Assembly (NCBI GenBank): GCA_963755125.1
Contig: CAVWIP010000010.1
Coordinates: forward strand, 320,001-384,000
DNA from: an uncultured delta proteobacterium
GTDB lineage: Bacteria > Myxococcota_A > Polyangia > Fen-1088
DNA length: 64,000 nucleotides
Reading direction: 5' to 3'
The notes below the pieces were generated by a model. The model had not been told where the DNA came from. It searched no databases and was given only the letters and a program-made list of their open reading frames with translations. The position numbers and the translations under genes are program-made. Positions within the stretch are counted from its first letter, which is position 1, and each line of letters opens with the position of its first letter. Below are positions 38,468 to 47,900 of this stretch, piece by piece.

Positions 38468-38728
38468 ATGACCAAGGTTTCCACGGCCGCTGCGCGCAAG
38501 CGATTCTCTGACGTGGTCAATCGCGCGTCCTATGCCAAAGAACGGGTGGCCCTGACCCGCTACGGCCACACCATGGCCGCCATCGTGCCGGCGGAAGACC
38601 TGGATTTGCTCGAAGCCATGGAAGATCGCATCGACGCCCAGGACGCGCGCAAGGCGCTGGCTGAAATGAAGGCCAAGGGCGACAAGCCGATCCCGTGGGC
38701 CAAGGTCAAGAAGCGACTCGGGCTGTAG
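38468..38728 (+). CDS. Phd/YefM-family antitoxin
   Basis: [27 protein letters not shown]-terminal [12 protein letters not shown]. Confidence 0.88.
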   Translation: MTKVSTAAARKRFSDVVNRASYAKERVALTRYGHTMAAIVPAEDLDLLEAMEDRIDAQDARKALAEMKAKGDKPIPWAKVKKRLGL

Positions 38729-39151
38729 GTGGCGCGCTATTCCGTCCAGCTTGCCCCCAGCGCAGAGCGCGACTTGTCCGCGCTGGACAAGCCCGTTCAG
38801 CGCCGCGTGGCTGCCCGGATCGACGCTCTGGCCGAGAACCCGAGGCCGGCGGGTGTGACCAAGCTACAAGGCGAGGCGAACGCGTGGCGCATCCGCGTGG
38901 GCGACTACCGCATCCTGTACACCATCGAGGATCGCCGCCTGGTGGTTTTGGTGATCAAGATTGGCCACCGGCGAGAGGTGTACAGGTCAGGGCAGCGGTC
39001 GAAAGTCCGAAGGTCGAAGCGACCACGCGCACCTGACCGAGGCGCGTGTCTTGCCCCGCTAACCCTACCCCTTGATGGTCTTCATTCTGCGCCACAGGGT
39101 GGTGGGACTGATGCCAAGCGCGGCGGCGGCGCGCGTGCGGTTGCCTCCTGA
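38729..39151 (+). CDS. RelE/ParE-family toxin with apparent C-terminal read-through
   Basis: LAENPRP, WRIRVGDYRILY, IGHRREVYR at residue 86, then 54 non-conserved-looking residues. Confidence 0.85.
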   Translation: MARYSVQLAPSAERDLSALDKPVQRRVAARIDALAENPRPAGVTKLQGEANAWRIRVGDYRILYTIEDRRLVVLVIKIGHRREVYRSGQRSKVRRSKRPRAPDRGACLAPLTLPLDGLHSAPQGGGTDAKRGGGARAVAS

Positions 39152-40675
39152 TTCGGCCAGCACAGCGCGGATATGTTCCCTTTCAACCTGATCAAGCGAA
39201 CGCGGCCCCGCGCCGTGCCCAGGACGCGCCTCGGTGCCAAGCACAATGTTGGACGGCAGAAGCTCGGGCGTGATGGCGCCGCTGCGCGAGAGCACGGCCG
39301 CGTGCTCGATGGCGTTCTCCAGCTCGCGCACATTGCCGGGCCAGGCATAGGCTGAAAGCGGGTCGATGGCGGTGGCGGCCAGGCGCAGATTGGGCATTTT
39401 CAGCTTCACCCGCAGTCGCTCCACGAAGAAACGCGCGAGCGGCAGGATGTCTTCCTTCCGCTCGCGCAAGGGTGGGATCGCGATCTCGATGACTCGTAAG
39501 CGATAATAAAGGTCTTCACGGAACGCGCCTTTGCGCATGGCCTCGGCCAGGTCGCGGTTGGTGGCGGCCAGGATGCGCACGTCGATCTTGCGCGTCCGGC
39601 TCTCGCCCACGCGCCGGATCTCGCGTTCCTGCAGCACGCGCAATAACTTGACCTGCAGGGCGTGCGAGATCTCGCCGATCTCGTCGAGAAAGAGCGTTCC
39701 GCCCGCGGCCTCTTCGAAGAGCCCGGCGTGATCGCCGGTGGCGCCGGTGAACGCGCCCGCCTTGTGGCCGAACAGTTCCGAATCGAGCAGGGTTTCCGGC
39801 AGCGCCCCGCAGTTGATGCCCAGAAAGGGCCCCCGACTGCGTTGCGAGCGCGCGTGGACCAGCCGCGCCACCACCTCCTTGCCCACGCCGCTCTCTCCGG
39901 TGATGAGCACCGATGAATCAAAGGGCGCTATGCGCGTGGCCAGATCCAGAACCGCCGCGAAGGCCTTGCTGCGCACCTCAACCAGCGGTGGCCGCTCCAG
40001 CGTGGTCAGCCGCTCGGTGCTGCGCTGCAATTCTCGCGTCACCCGGTGCAGCTCCTCAGTCAGACTTTGAATCTTCCCTTTGATGTCGGCGGCCTGGAAG
40101 TAGGGCAGGTGCGGGTTGATCTCCCCGCCCCACGACGCCCGGTCCTTTCCCACGGCCGTACACACGCGCTCGCCCATCGCGCGACAGCGCTGCTCCACGA
40201 AGTACACGTCGTGGCCCAGGGCAAACGAAATGAAGCCGCTGGCGTAGCCGGCCAGCATCCAGCACGACGGGTGCGATGCGCGACCAAACACCGCCACGTG
40301 CTCCTCGGCCTCGGCCGAGCCGTGCCAGGCCACATCCATCTCGAAGCGGCCAGCAACCTGATCCACATCCAGTTTCTTGGTCACCCAGCGCGCCACACCC
40401 TGCAGGGCGTGCAGGCGCGGCCCGGCCTTGACCAGATCGACCACGCTGTCCCACCTGAACACCCGGCGCATGGCCGCGGCGTCGGCCTGACCCCAGAAGT
40501 AGGCGAAACGGGTCAGGATGCGCCGGGCCTGCGCGGGCCCCACCATCTCGAAGAGATCCTTGCGAAACTGGGCAAAGGCGTCGGTGCTGTGCAGGACCAG
40601 CCGGCGGCCCTGGAAGTCGATGGCGCCATCGCGAAATTCCAGCAGTTCGTCCCGCTTCAGGTCTTCGACTCGCAT
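39065..40675 (-). CDS. XylR/DmpR-type sigma54 enhancer-binding protein (XylR_N + V4R + AAA+ + Fis HTH)
   Basis: [57 protein letters not shown]. Confidence 0.93.
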   Translation of the reverse strand: MRVEDLKRDELLEFRDGAIDFQGRRLVLHSTDAFAQFRKDLFEMVGPAQARRILTRFAYFWGQADAAAMRRVFRWDSVVDLVKAGPRLHALQGVARWVTKKLDVDQVAGRFEMDVAWHGSAEAEEHVAVFGRASHPSCWMLAGYASGFISFALGHDVYFVEQRCRAMGERVCTAVGKDRASWGGEINPHLPYFQAADIKGKIQSLTEELHRVTRELQRSTERLTTLERPPLVEVRSKAFAAVLDLATRIAPFDSSVLITGESGVGKEVVARLVHARSQRSRGPFLGINCGALPETLLDSELFGHKAGAFTGATGDHAGLFEEAAGGTLFLDEIGEISHALQVKLLRVLQEREIRRVGESRTRKIDVRILAATNRDLAEAMRKGAFREDLYYRLRVIEIAIPPLRERKEDILPLARFFVERLRVKLKMPNLRLAATAIDPLSAYAWPGNVRELENAIEHAAVLSRSGAITPELLPSNIVLGTEARPGHGAGPRSLDQVEREHIRAVLAESGGNRTRAAAALGISPTTLWRRMKTIKG

Positions 40676-40687
40676 GATGCACCCGCT

Positions 40688-40723
40688 ATTTCAATCTGAA
40701 ATAAGAATATTTCAAGTTGAAAT
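40688..40723. promoter_or_regulatory. Tandem enhancer (UAS) palindromes
   Basis: ATTTCA-ATC-TGAAAT (40688-40702) and ATTTCA-AGT-TGAAAT (40709-40723), 21 bp apart. Confidence 0.75.
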
Positions 40724-40766
40724 GACAGCCGGGGTGGCAAACGAGGAAACCCAGGTTTTGCGCGGC

Positions 40767-40782
40767 CGGCACGACGCTTGCT
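40767..40782 (+). promoter_or_regulatory. sigma54 -24/-12 promoter
   Basis: CGGCACG-ACGC-TTGCT matches TGGCACG-N4-TTGC at the correct spacing. Confidence 0.8.
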
Positions 40783-40811
40783 GTATCGAGAGCTCAAAAG
40801 GAGAACGCAGC

Positions 40812-42029
40812 ATGTACGATCTATTGAAAGGCAAGCTGGAAGGTTTGCAGGGCGAGTTGATGTCCTTCGCGCAGGCCCTCTTGCGCACGCGCAGCCTGAG
40901 CCGAGACGAATCGAGCGCCGCGACCCTGGTGGAAAGGCAGCTTCGCGCCCTCGACTTCGACACGGTCACCACCGACAGCTTCGGCAACGTGGTGGGCGTG
41001 TTGCACGGGGTGGAGGACGGCCCCAATCTACTGCTGGCCAGTCACATGGACACAGTCGAGCCAGCGGACGAGGCGGGCTGGCCGGGTACGCCCTGGAGTG
41101 GCCGCATCGAGGACGGCAAACTCCACGGTCTGGGCGCAGCCGACTGCAAGGGCGGGCTGGCGGCGCAAGTCTTTGCCGGCGGTTTGCTCAAGCGCAGTCT
41201 TCTGCCCCTGCGCGGAAACCTGATCGTGGCCGCCACCGTGGCCGAGGAAAACGGCATCTCGCTCGGCATGCGCGGACTGATCGAATTCACTTTGAAGGAA
41301 ATGGGGCTGCGGCCCGAATACGCCATCCTCGGCGAGCCGACCGACCTAGGCCTGTACTACGGCCACGATGGCCGCGCCGAACTGGACATCCGCCTGCGCA
41401 GCAACAACCCATTCCAGGTCGCCGACGCCGCGGAACTGGTGGCGAGCGGAATGGGTGACACCGATCCGGCGGCGGCCGTGCAAGCCATGCTGATGGGCAA
41501 GCCGCATTTCGAGGACAGCCACGGGCTCCGCTGCGCCACCATTGCGGTGGAACGTCGTCTCGGCCCCGAGGAAGCCGTCGACGGCATGCTGGGCCGCATG
41601 CGCCACGAGGCCGAGCGACTGGCCCAGCTGGCCGGCGCGGTCGAGGTCGAAGTGGCCGTGCGCGAGCGCGCTGAAACCATGCCCAGCGGCCTGGTCATGA
41701 AGGTCAAGCGGGTCACCCACGCCTGGAGCACGGATCCCTTCAGCCCCTTGCTCTCTCGCGCGCGCCAGTCGCTGGCGGCTGCGGGCTGCGCCGTGCGGCC
41801 GGGCAAGTGGAAGCTGTCGCGTCTGGGCATGGGCACATCCGGCAGCGTGCTGTCCAACGAGTTCCACATTCCCACCATCGGCTACGGCCCGGGCCGCGAG
41901 GAAGAGGCGCACAGCCAGGGCGAGTCGGTGGAGATCGCCAAGATCGTCGAGTGCACCTATGGAACCGCAGCCATGGCGCACGGTCTGGTGGGCATCCCGG
42001 TTTTCGGGTGGATCCCCGACGAGATCTGA
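40812..42029 (+). CDS. M20-family amidohydrolase (YgeY/ArgE-like)
   Basis: Metal ligands present: ASHMDTV, GAADCKGG, VAEE, GEP, EAH. AAGGAG SD. Confidence 0.88.
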   Translation: MYDLLKGKLEGLQGELMSFAQALLRTRSLSRDESSAATLVERQLRALDFDTVTTDSFGNVVGVLHGVEDGPNLLLASHMDTVEPADEAGWPGTPWSGRIEDGKLHGLGAADCKGGLAAQVFAGGLLKRSLLPLRGNLIVAATVAEENGISLGMRGLIEFTLKEMGLRPEYAILGEPTDLGLYYGHDGRAELDIRLRSNNPFQVADAAELVASGMGDTDPAAAVQAMLMGKPHFEDSHGLRCATIAVERRLGPEEAVDGMLGRMRHEAERLAQLAGAVEVEVAVRERAETMPSGLVMKVKRVTHAWSTDPFSPLLSRARQSLAAAGCAVRPGKWKLSRLGMGTSGSVLSNEFHIPTIGYGPGREEEAHSQGESVEIAKIVECTYGTAAMAHGLVGIPVFGWIPDEI

Positions 42030-42050
42030 CCTCGGCCACCAGGGCATGCC

Positions 42051-43277
42051 ATGCGTATCATCGTATTCAACTGCGGAAGCTCGTCGCTCAAGTACCGGCT
42101 GATCGAGATGCCGGGTGAGAAAGAGCTGGCGGGCGGGGAAGCCGAACGGGTGGGCCCAAAGACCGCTGAGCCGGCTCGCATCCACCACCAGGTGTCCGGG
42201 AAAAAGGAAACCATCGTGGTGGAGATGCCTGACCACGCCACCGCCTTCACGCAGGTCATGCGGCTGCTCGAGCGCGATCCCGAACTGGTGCCCGACGCCA
42301 TTGGACACCGCATGGCGCACGGCGGACCGAACTTCAAGCAACACGTGATCCTGGACGACGCGGTCATGTCCGAGCTGGAGCGCATCCAGGAATTGGCGCC
42401 CATTCACAACCCGCCTGCCGTGCGCCTGGTGGCGGCGTGCCGGCGCCTGTACCCGACGCTGCCCGAGACCGTGGTCTTCGACACGGTTTTCCACGCGACC
42501 ATCCCGGAAGTGGCGCGCAGCTACGCCCTGCCGGCCGCGCTGGTGGCCAAGTACGGCTTTCGCAAGTACGGCTTTCACGGCACCAGTCACCAGTACGTGG
42601 CGCAGGAGGCGGCCAAGCTGCTGGGCGTGCCCTTTGAGAAACTGAACGCCGTGAGTTGCCATCTGGGCAGTGGCGGCGCCAGCCTGTGCGCCGTCGTAAA
42701 CGGCCGCTCGCTGGACAACACCATGGGCTACTCGCCGCTGCAGGGGTTGATGATGAGCACCCGCTCGGGCGACCTCGATCCCGCCGTGGCGCTCACCCTG
42801 CTGGTGCGCGCGGCGGGCAATGGCGCCGCGGTCGAGGGCCTGCTGAACCGCAAGAGTGGCGTGCTGGGTTTGTCGGGAATGTCGGCTGACATCCGCGACG
42901 TGGTGGCGCGTGCAGCCGATGGTGGGGCCGCGGACATCGACCAACTGGCGGTGGCGGCGCAGGTCTACCTGTGGCGCATTCGCAAGTATCTGGGCGCGTA
43001 CCTGACCCTGGTGGGCCGTGCCCACTGCGTGATCTTCACCGACACCATCGGCGAAAAGATGCCGCATGTACGCTGGGCCGTGACCGCGGGCTTGCAGTGC
43101 TTCGGCCTGGACATCGATCCCGAAAGAAACGATGCCGCGATTGTCTTGCCCGCCGATCTATCAACGCCGTCAAGTCGCGTGCGCATCTTGGCCATCGCCA
43201 CCAACGAGGAGATGGCCATTGCCCGCTTCAGCTACGACCTGCTGTCACGCGCGCGGGCGGAAAGGATCGCACAGTGA
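42051..43277 (+). CDS. ackA: Acetate/short-chain carboxylate kinase
   Basis: NCGSSSLKY, GHRMAHGG, APIHN, VFDTVFH, YGFHGTSH, MSTRSGDLDP, TNEE. Confidence 0.9.
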   Translation: MRIIVFNCGSSSLKYRLIEMPGEKELAGGEAERVGPKTAEPARIHHQVSGKKETIVVEMPDHATAFTQVMRLLERDPELVPDAIGHRMAHGGPNFKQHVILDDAVMSELERIQELAPIHNPPAVRLVAACRRLYPTLPETVVFDTVFHATIPEVARSYALPAALVAKYGFRKYGFHGTSHQYVAQEAAKLLGVPFEKLNAVSCHLGSGGASLCAVVNGRSLDNTMGYSPLQGLMMSTRSGDLDPAVALTLLVRAAGNGAAVEGLLNRKSGVLGLSGMSADIRDVVARAADGGAADIDQLAVAAQVYLWRIRKYLGAYLTLVGRAHCVIFTDTIGEKMPHVRWAVTAGLQCFGLDIDPERNDAAIVLPADLSTPSSRVRILAIATNEEMAIARFSYDLLSRARAERIAQ

Positions 43278-44323
43278 ACACCCTGGTTCTGATTCCCGGT
43301 CGCAAGAGCCTGCGCTACGCTGGGTTCGTCGCCGGCAGTGAAACCTGCACAGGCACCATCCGTGGGTTTCGCTGGCAGGGACCGCGCGCGGCCCTCGACG
43401 AGGTTCGCACCATTGTGCAAGCTGTGGGCCTTTGCGACGATGTCCCCGACGTGGTCGTGCACGGGCTGTTTGGCGGCGAGGATTTCCCCGGCCCGGCTGC
43501 GCTCGACCAGGACGCCTTGGTCCGTCTGGAACGGGTTGCGCGCCAGTCACCCCTGCACGTGGCTGGCTTGATCGAAATCGCGCGCGCCGTGCAGGAGGTC
43601 TTTGCCGGAATGCCGGCCCGACTGGCCTTCGAGACCTCGTTTTTCGTGGACCTGCCGCTGCGCGAGCGCACCTACGCGGTGTCGCCGGATCTGTCGCACA
43701 AGCTGGCGCTGCGGCGCTGGGGTTACCACGGCCTGTATCACGAGGCCGCCTCACGGGAAGCCAGCCGCAGTTGGCGCAAGCGCGACTGCGCGCCTTCGCC
43801 GCGGATTCTTTCCATCTGTCTTGATGCCCAGCCCGAAATCGCCGCTGTGATGGGCCGCCGGCCCATCACAGTCACCAGCGGCGCCACGCCGCTGGAAGGC
43901 CTGCCGGGTGAAACCAACAGCGGCGAGATCGACCCTGCGGTCGCGTTGGCTCTCGCGGGCGAGGCTGGTCTTGGGCCTGAAGGCGCCAATGCGCTGCTGG
44001 TGGGTGAAAGTGGACTCTCCGGCTTGGTGGGCCGCCGCGTGCGCTTGGATGACGTGCTCACCAGCGCGCGCAGCGAATGCGTGCGTGCGCGCGAGGTGCT
44101 GCTCTATCGCATGCTGCTGGCCTCGGGCACGGCCGCGGCCGCTCTGGGAGGGGTGGATGCGGTCGTGTTTTCCGGTCGCTACTTTTCGTGCTCGGCCGTG
44201 GTGGCGCAGCACGTGTTGCCACATCTCGATCGCGCCGGTGCCCTCGGCCCCCACGCCGGTGAATGGACGATCTTCGCCAAGCCACTGGAAACGGTCCTGG
44301 CTGACACGGCAACCCTGCACTGA
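43274..44323 (+). CDS. Degenerate acetate-kinase paralog (probable pseudokinase)
   Basis: GTGA overlap with ackA. Colinear but altered motifs IPGRKSLRY, VHGLFGG, SPLHV, AFETSFF, RRWGYHG, TPLEGLPGETNSGEIDP. Confidence 0.8.
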   Translation: MNTLVLIPGRKSLRYAGFVAGSETCTGTIRGFRWQGPRAALDEVRTIVQAVGLCDDVPDVVVHGLFGGEDFPGPAALDQDALVRLERVARQSPLHVAGLIEIARAVQEVFAGMPARLAFETSFFVDLPLRERTYAVSPDLSHKLALRRWGYHGLYHEAASREASRSWRKRDCAPSPRILSICLDAQPEIAAVMGRRPITVTSGATPLEGLPGETNSGEIDPAVALALAGEAGLGPEGANALLVGESGLSGLVGRRVRLDDVLTSARSECVRAREVLLYRMLLASGTAAAALGGVDAVVFSGRYFSCSAVVAQHVLPHLDRAGALGPHAGEWTIFAKPLETVLADTATLH

Positions 44324-44616
44324 ACGCGGCCGGGCTGACTGCAATGCACTTTGGCGTATCGGACGCCGCTTGTGCGACGTCGAAACAAAGCGCCCATGGG
44401 AAAGTCGTGAGCGACCACGACTTCTTCAATATGTTCAATGCCCTGCTCGCCATCCGCCCTGGTGGCGCGTCGCCTACCGACAACAGTTGGTGATCGGGGA
44501 GCCAGCGGGGGGCTGGGCGAGGAGGTCGCTTTGAGCGCAGCGACTGGTCTATTGACCAACCGGCCCTGTCTCCTCATAGTGGGATTCTCGCTCAACGACT
44601 TACCAAGGAGGGATCG

Positions 44617-44784
44617 ATGCTAACCCGGGTCGGACTTGCCGCGGCCACGTACCTATTGTTTGCCCAGACCGCATTTGCCCAGGCGCCGGCATCGCCGCCG
44701 CCGCCCAGCGTGGCGCCCGCGGTCGCGCCCTCGGTCGCTATGGCGTACGTCAACGTTTTCGGCCGGTTCATCTATAGCTTCTAG
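44617..44784 (+). CDS. 55-aa secreted ORF ending in an OMP beta-signal (small protein or internally deleted beta-barrel gene)
   Basis: TTGACC-N17-CATAGT promoter, AAGGAGG SD, signal peptide AFA-Q, C-terminal VFGRFIYSF. Confidence 0.5.
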   Translation: MLTRVGLAAATYLLFAQTAFAQAPASPPPPSVAPAVAPSVAMAYVNVFGRFIYSF

Positions 44785-44788
44785 CGCT

Positions 44789-45685
44789 TCAGTGGGTCAG
44801 CTCCCATCGCAGGGCCGACTCCAGATCGGAATGGGCGAAGTGGAAACCAGCGGCGAGTAGTTTGTGGGGCAAGACTTTCTGCCCCGCGAGCAGCAACTCG
44901 TCGGCCAGCTCCCCCAACAGCAACTTGACCGCGAAAGCCGGTAGCGGGACCAGCGTGGGGCGGCCGAGCACCTTGCCCAGGGTGTGTGCGAACTCGGCGT
45001 TGCATACCGGCTGGGGCGCGGTGAGGTTCACTGGCCCGGAAAGCTTCGCCGCACCGATCGCGTATTGGATGGCAGCCGTAGCGTCGGCCAGAGAAATCCA
45101 GCTAATCCATTGTTGTCCTGTCCCCACCACACCGCCCGCGCCCACCTTGAAGGGCGGGAGCACCCGCGCCAGCATCCCGCCCTTACGGGAAAGCACCAGG
45201 CCGCTACGCAACTGAACCGCGCGGATGCCGGCGCCACGCGCGGCCGCGGCCGCTTCCTCCCACTGGCGGCAGACGTCCGCCAGGAAACCCTCGCCTGGGC
45301 CCGAGGTTTCGTCCAACACTTCGTCCCCGCGGGATCCGTAGAACCCGACAGCGGAAGCCGAGAGGAAAACCTTCGGCCTGGTTGGGAGCTGCGACACCGC
45401 CTCGGCGAGCATCTTGGTTCCCCGCACCCGGCTGTCGCGGATGGCTTTCTTGGTTGCTTCGGTCCAACGAGAGTCGATGGGTTTCCCTGCCAGGTGCACG
45501 ACGGCGTCCAGACCGTCCAGGCGCGAGGCATCCAGCACCCCGGCTTCGGGATTCCATGCGATTTCGCCTGCCGACTCGTCGGGCCTGCGCCGCACCAGGG
45601 TCTGCACGGTATCACCCGCGGAACGCAGGCGTTCCGCCAAGGCCCGGCCGATCAGGCCCGAAGCCCCCGAAATCAGGATGCGCAT
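44789..45685 (-). CDS. TIGR01777-family NAD-dependent epimerase (YfcH-like)
   Basis: ISGASGLIG, DSRVRGT, SASAVGFYG, FLADVCRQWE, GQQWISWI, LGRPT. Confidence 0.9.
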   Translation of the reverse strand: MRILISGASGLIGRALAERLRSAGDTVQTLVRRRPDESAGEIAWNPEAGVLDASRLDGLDAVVHLAGKPIDSRWTEATKKAIRDSRVRGTKMLAEAVSQLPTRPKVFLSASAVGFYGSRGDEVLDETSGPGEGFLADVCRQWEEAAAAARGAGIRAVQLRSGLVLSRKGGMLARVLPPFKVGAGGVVGTGQQWISWISLADATAAIQYAIGAAKLSGPVNLTAPQPVCNAEFAHTLGKVLGRPTLVPLPAFAVKLLLGELADELLLAGQKVLPHKLLAAGFHFAHSDLESALRWELTH

Positions 45686-45781
45686 GCGGGCCTCATCAGG
45701 ACCCGCACGCTACACGCGCGCGAAGACCGGCGCCAGCGGAACCGGGTGACAGCGCGGGCCGTGCCAGCGTAACGTCGCCCG

Positions 45782-47047
45782 ATGGTCTTCATCTCGACGC
45801 GAAGCGAGCGTCTGCTCACCGCCTGGTGGTCGCGAAACCGCAACCGGGTGCTGTGGGCTGCCATCGCGTTTCTCGGCCTGCTCGCGCTGGTCCGAAGCGG
45901 GATCGAGCTGTGGCGCCTGGTGGGAATGCGCCACTGGCTGGGCGCGGTGGATCTGAACCTGCGCCACCGGGACATCCAGCGCTGGTTTGCGGGCTTGCCC
46001 GTGTACACGGATCGCGTGCACTCGGGATATCTGCCGGCCACGTTCGTCCTGCTCTGGCCTCTGCTCGGCTGGCTGCCCTCGTGGCCCGCGCGCTGGCTCT
46101 GGGCGATCGTGAACCTCGTGGTTCTCGCTTTTTCCTTCCGCTTCGCGCTCCGCCACAGTGGCGCCGAGAACGGCCGCGAGCGCGCCCTCTTTGTTCTCAT
46201 GTTGCTGGCGCCCTACGCTTTGCCGGGCACATGGGGCAACGGGCAACCGGGCACGCTCTTGCTGCCGGCGACCGTGACGGCACTGTGGCTGCTTGAACCA
46301 GGGCGGCCGGTCAGTGGACGCAACGATCTTCTGGCCGCCGCCCTGCTGGTGTTCGCACTGGTGAAGCCGACCTTGTCCGTGCCCTTCTTCCTGATCGCGC
46401 TGCTTCGCTCGCGGCGACTGCGTCCCATCATCCTGGCCGTGCTGGGGTTCGCCGGCGCGTCTGTCCTGGCGCAGGCTTTTCGCTCGCGGCCATTCTGGGC
46501 GGACCTCGCGGACTTCACGCGCGTCAGTCAGGGCATCCTGGTCAGCGATGGCCTGGGCCATGTTCCACTGTGGATGGCGCAGATGGGACTGGGCCGCTGG
46601 CATCTGGTGGGCTCGGCCGCAGTGCTGGCCGCGCTGGGTGTCTGGATTGCGCGCAACCGGGACGCTGACCTGTGGCGGGTGCTGGGCGTGACAGGAATTG
46701 CCGCGCGCGTGTGGATGTACCACCGGCCCTACGACGATTCGCTGATCTTGCTCGCCGTCATCGCACTTTTTCGCATCGCCAAGCAAGTCCGTCGCAACAA
46801 CGGAAGCGACGTCGTGGCCGGGTTGTTGCTGGCGGTGGCGGTGTTGGTCGAGAGCGCCCCGGGGAGTTTCGTGTACCGCGAGTTTCCCTGGAACATCGCC
46901 CAGGCGCTCTGGCAACCGCTGGTGTGGGGCGCGATGACCATCTTCCTGTGCTCCCGTTCAGTGCACCCAATCGATGCCATTCCACGGCCGCAAGCCCTGC
47001 CTTCGGGTAGCTCGTCAGGCCGTACAGAGATCGCTGCCCCGACGTGA
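45782..47047 (+). CDS. GT87/DUF2029-like polytopic membrane glycosyltransferase
   Basis: YLPATFVLLWPL, GNGQ, LVKP, YHRPYD, multiple TM segments. Confidence 0.7.
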   Translation: MVFISTRSERLLTAWWSRNRNRVLWAAIAFLGLLALVRSGIELWRLVGMRHWLGAVDLNLRHRDIQRWFAGLPVYTDRVHSGYLPATFVLLWPLLGWLPSWPARWLWAIVNLVVLAFSFRFALRHSGAENGRERALFVLMLLAPYALPGTWGNGQPGTLLLPATVTALWLLEPGRPVSGRNDLLAAALLVFALVKPTLSVPFFLIALLRSRRLRPIILAVLGFAGASVLAQAFRSRPFWADLADFTRVSQGILVSDGLGHVPLWMAQMGLGRWHLVGSAAVLAALGVWIARNRDADLWRVLGVTGIAARVWMYHRPYDDSLILLAVIALFRIAKQVRRNNGSDVVAGLLLAVAVLVESAPGSFVYREFPWNIAQALWQPLVWGAMTIFLCSRSVHPIDAIPRPQALPSGSSSGRTEIAAPT

Positions 47048-47103
47048 CTTGCATGAGATAGTGCTTACCCACGCCACGAGTTGCACAGACCAGGGAGGAC
47101 ACC

Positions 47104-47760
47104 ATGAAGCGAACCACACTTCTTCTAGGGACTGGCGCCATCTTGCTGGCCGCGGCCTGCAGCGAGCAGGCCGCGCCGCCCAAGGCCGCGTCCACGCCAT
47201 CCCCTGCCAAACCCGCCTTGCCCGCCCGGACCGCGGACGCGGGCCCGGCCACCGACGCACGACCCGCCGATGCGCACCTGGGCATGATGGAACGCTACGC
47301 GCTCTGGAAAGCGAAGAAGGATGCCGACGAGAAGCTGGCGGCCCAACTCGCCGCCGAGGAGCAAGCCCGCCTGCTCAAGTTCGACAAGAGCAAGATGGCC
47401 AAGCACCTGGCCTTGTTCGCCTTCGAGAAAAAGACCCGCAAGGCGCTCGACGGTGCCGCCGAGACGTTGAAGGGCAAGCCCGACGCCCTCGACCAGCTCA
47501 AGAAGTTGGCGGCCTCACAGCGCAAGCCCATCGAGGCCCAGGCCAAGATCCTGCGCGCCATGGATCCACAGGGCGGCAACTCCAACATCGCCACCGACCA
47601 CGACGTCAGCCTGAACCTTCTGGCCAACGACTATCCCGAGGCCATCGCGGCTTCCTTCCAGGGTGACGCAAAGCCGCTGGCCGACGTGCGCGCCGAGCTC
47701 GACAAGCGCGAGAAGAAGATCGCGTCCTGGCTGGCAGAGGTGAAAAGCGGCAAGAAGTAG
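47104..47760 (+). CDS. Hypothetical helical lipoprotein
   Basis: GGAGG SD, lipobox LAAAC, Pro/Ala linker. Confidence 0.75.
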   Translation: MKRTTLLLGTGAILLAAACSEQAAPPKAASTPSPAKPALPARTADAGPATDARPADAHLGMMERYALWKAKKDADEKLAAQLAAEEQARLLKFDKSKMAKHLALFAFEKKTRKALDGAAETLKGKPDALDQLKKLAASQRKPIEAQAKILRAMDPQGGNSNIATDHDVSLNLLANDYPEAIAASFQGDAKPLADVRAELDKREKKIASWLAEVKSGKK

Positions 47761-47900
47761 TCTTTCGCGCCGCTGCAGGACGCGTGCGCGTCAACTTCTT
47801 GCCCCTGGATGAGCGACGCCGCTTCTGCCAGATTTTGCTTTGCAGACAAGAATGCATTGCTTCGGGAAACGCTGATCGGAGCACAGGAGAGACATTGCAA

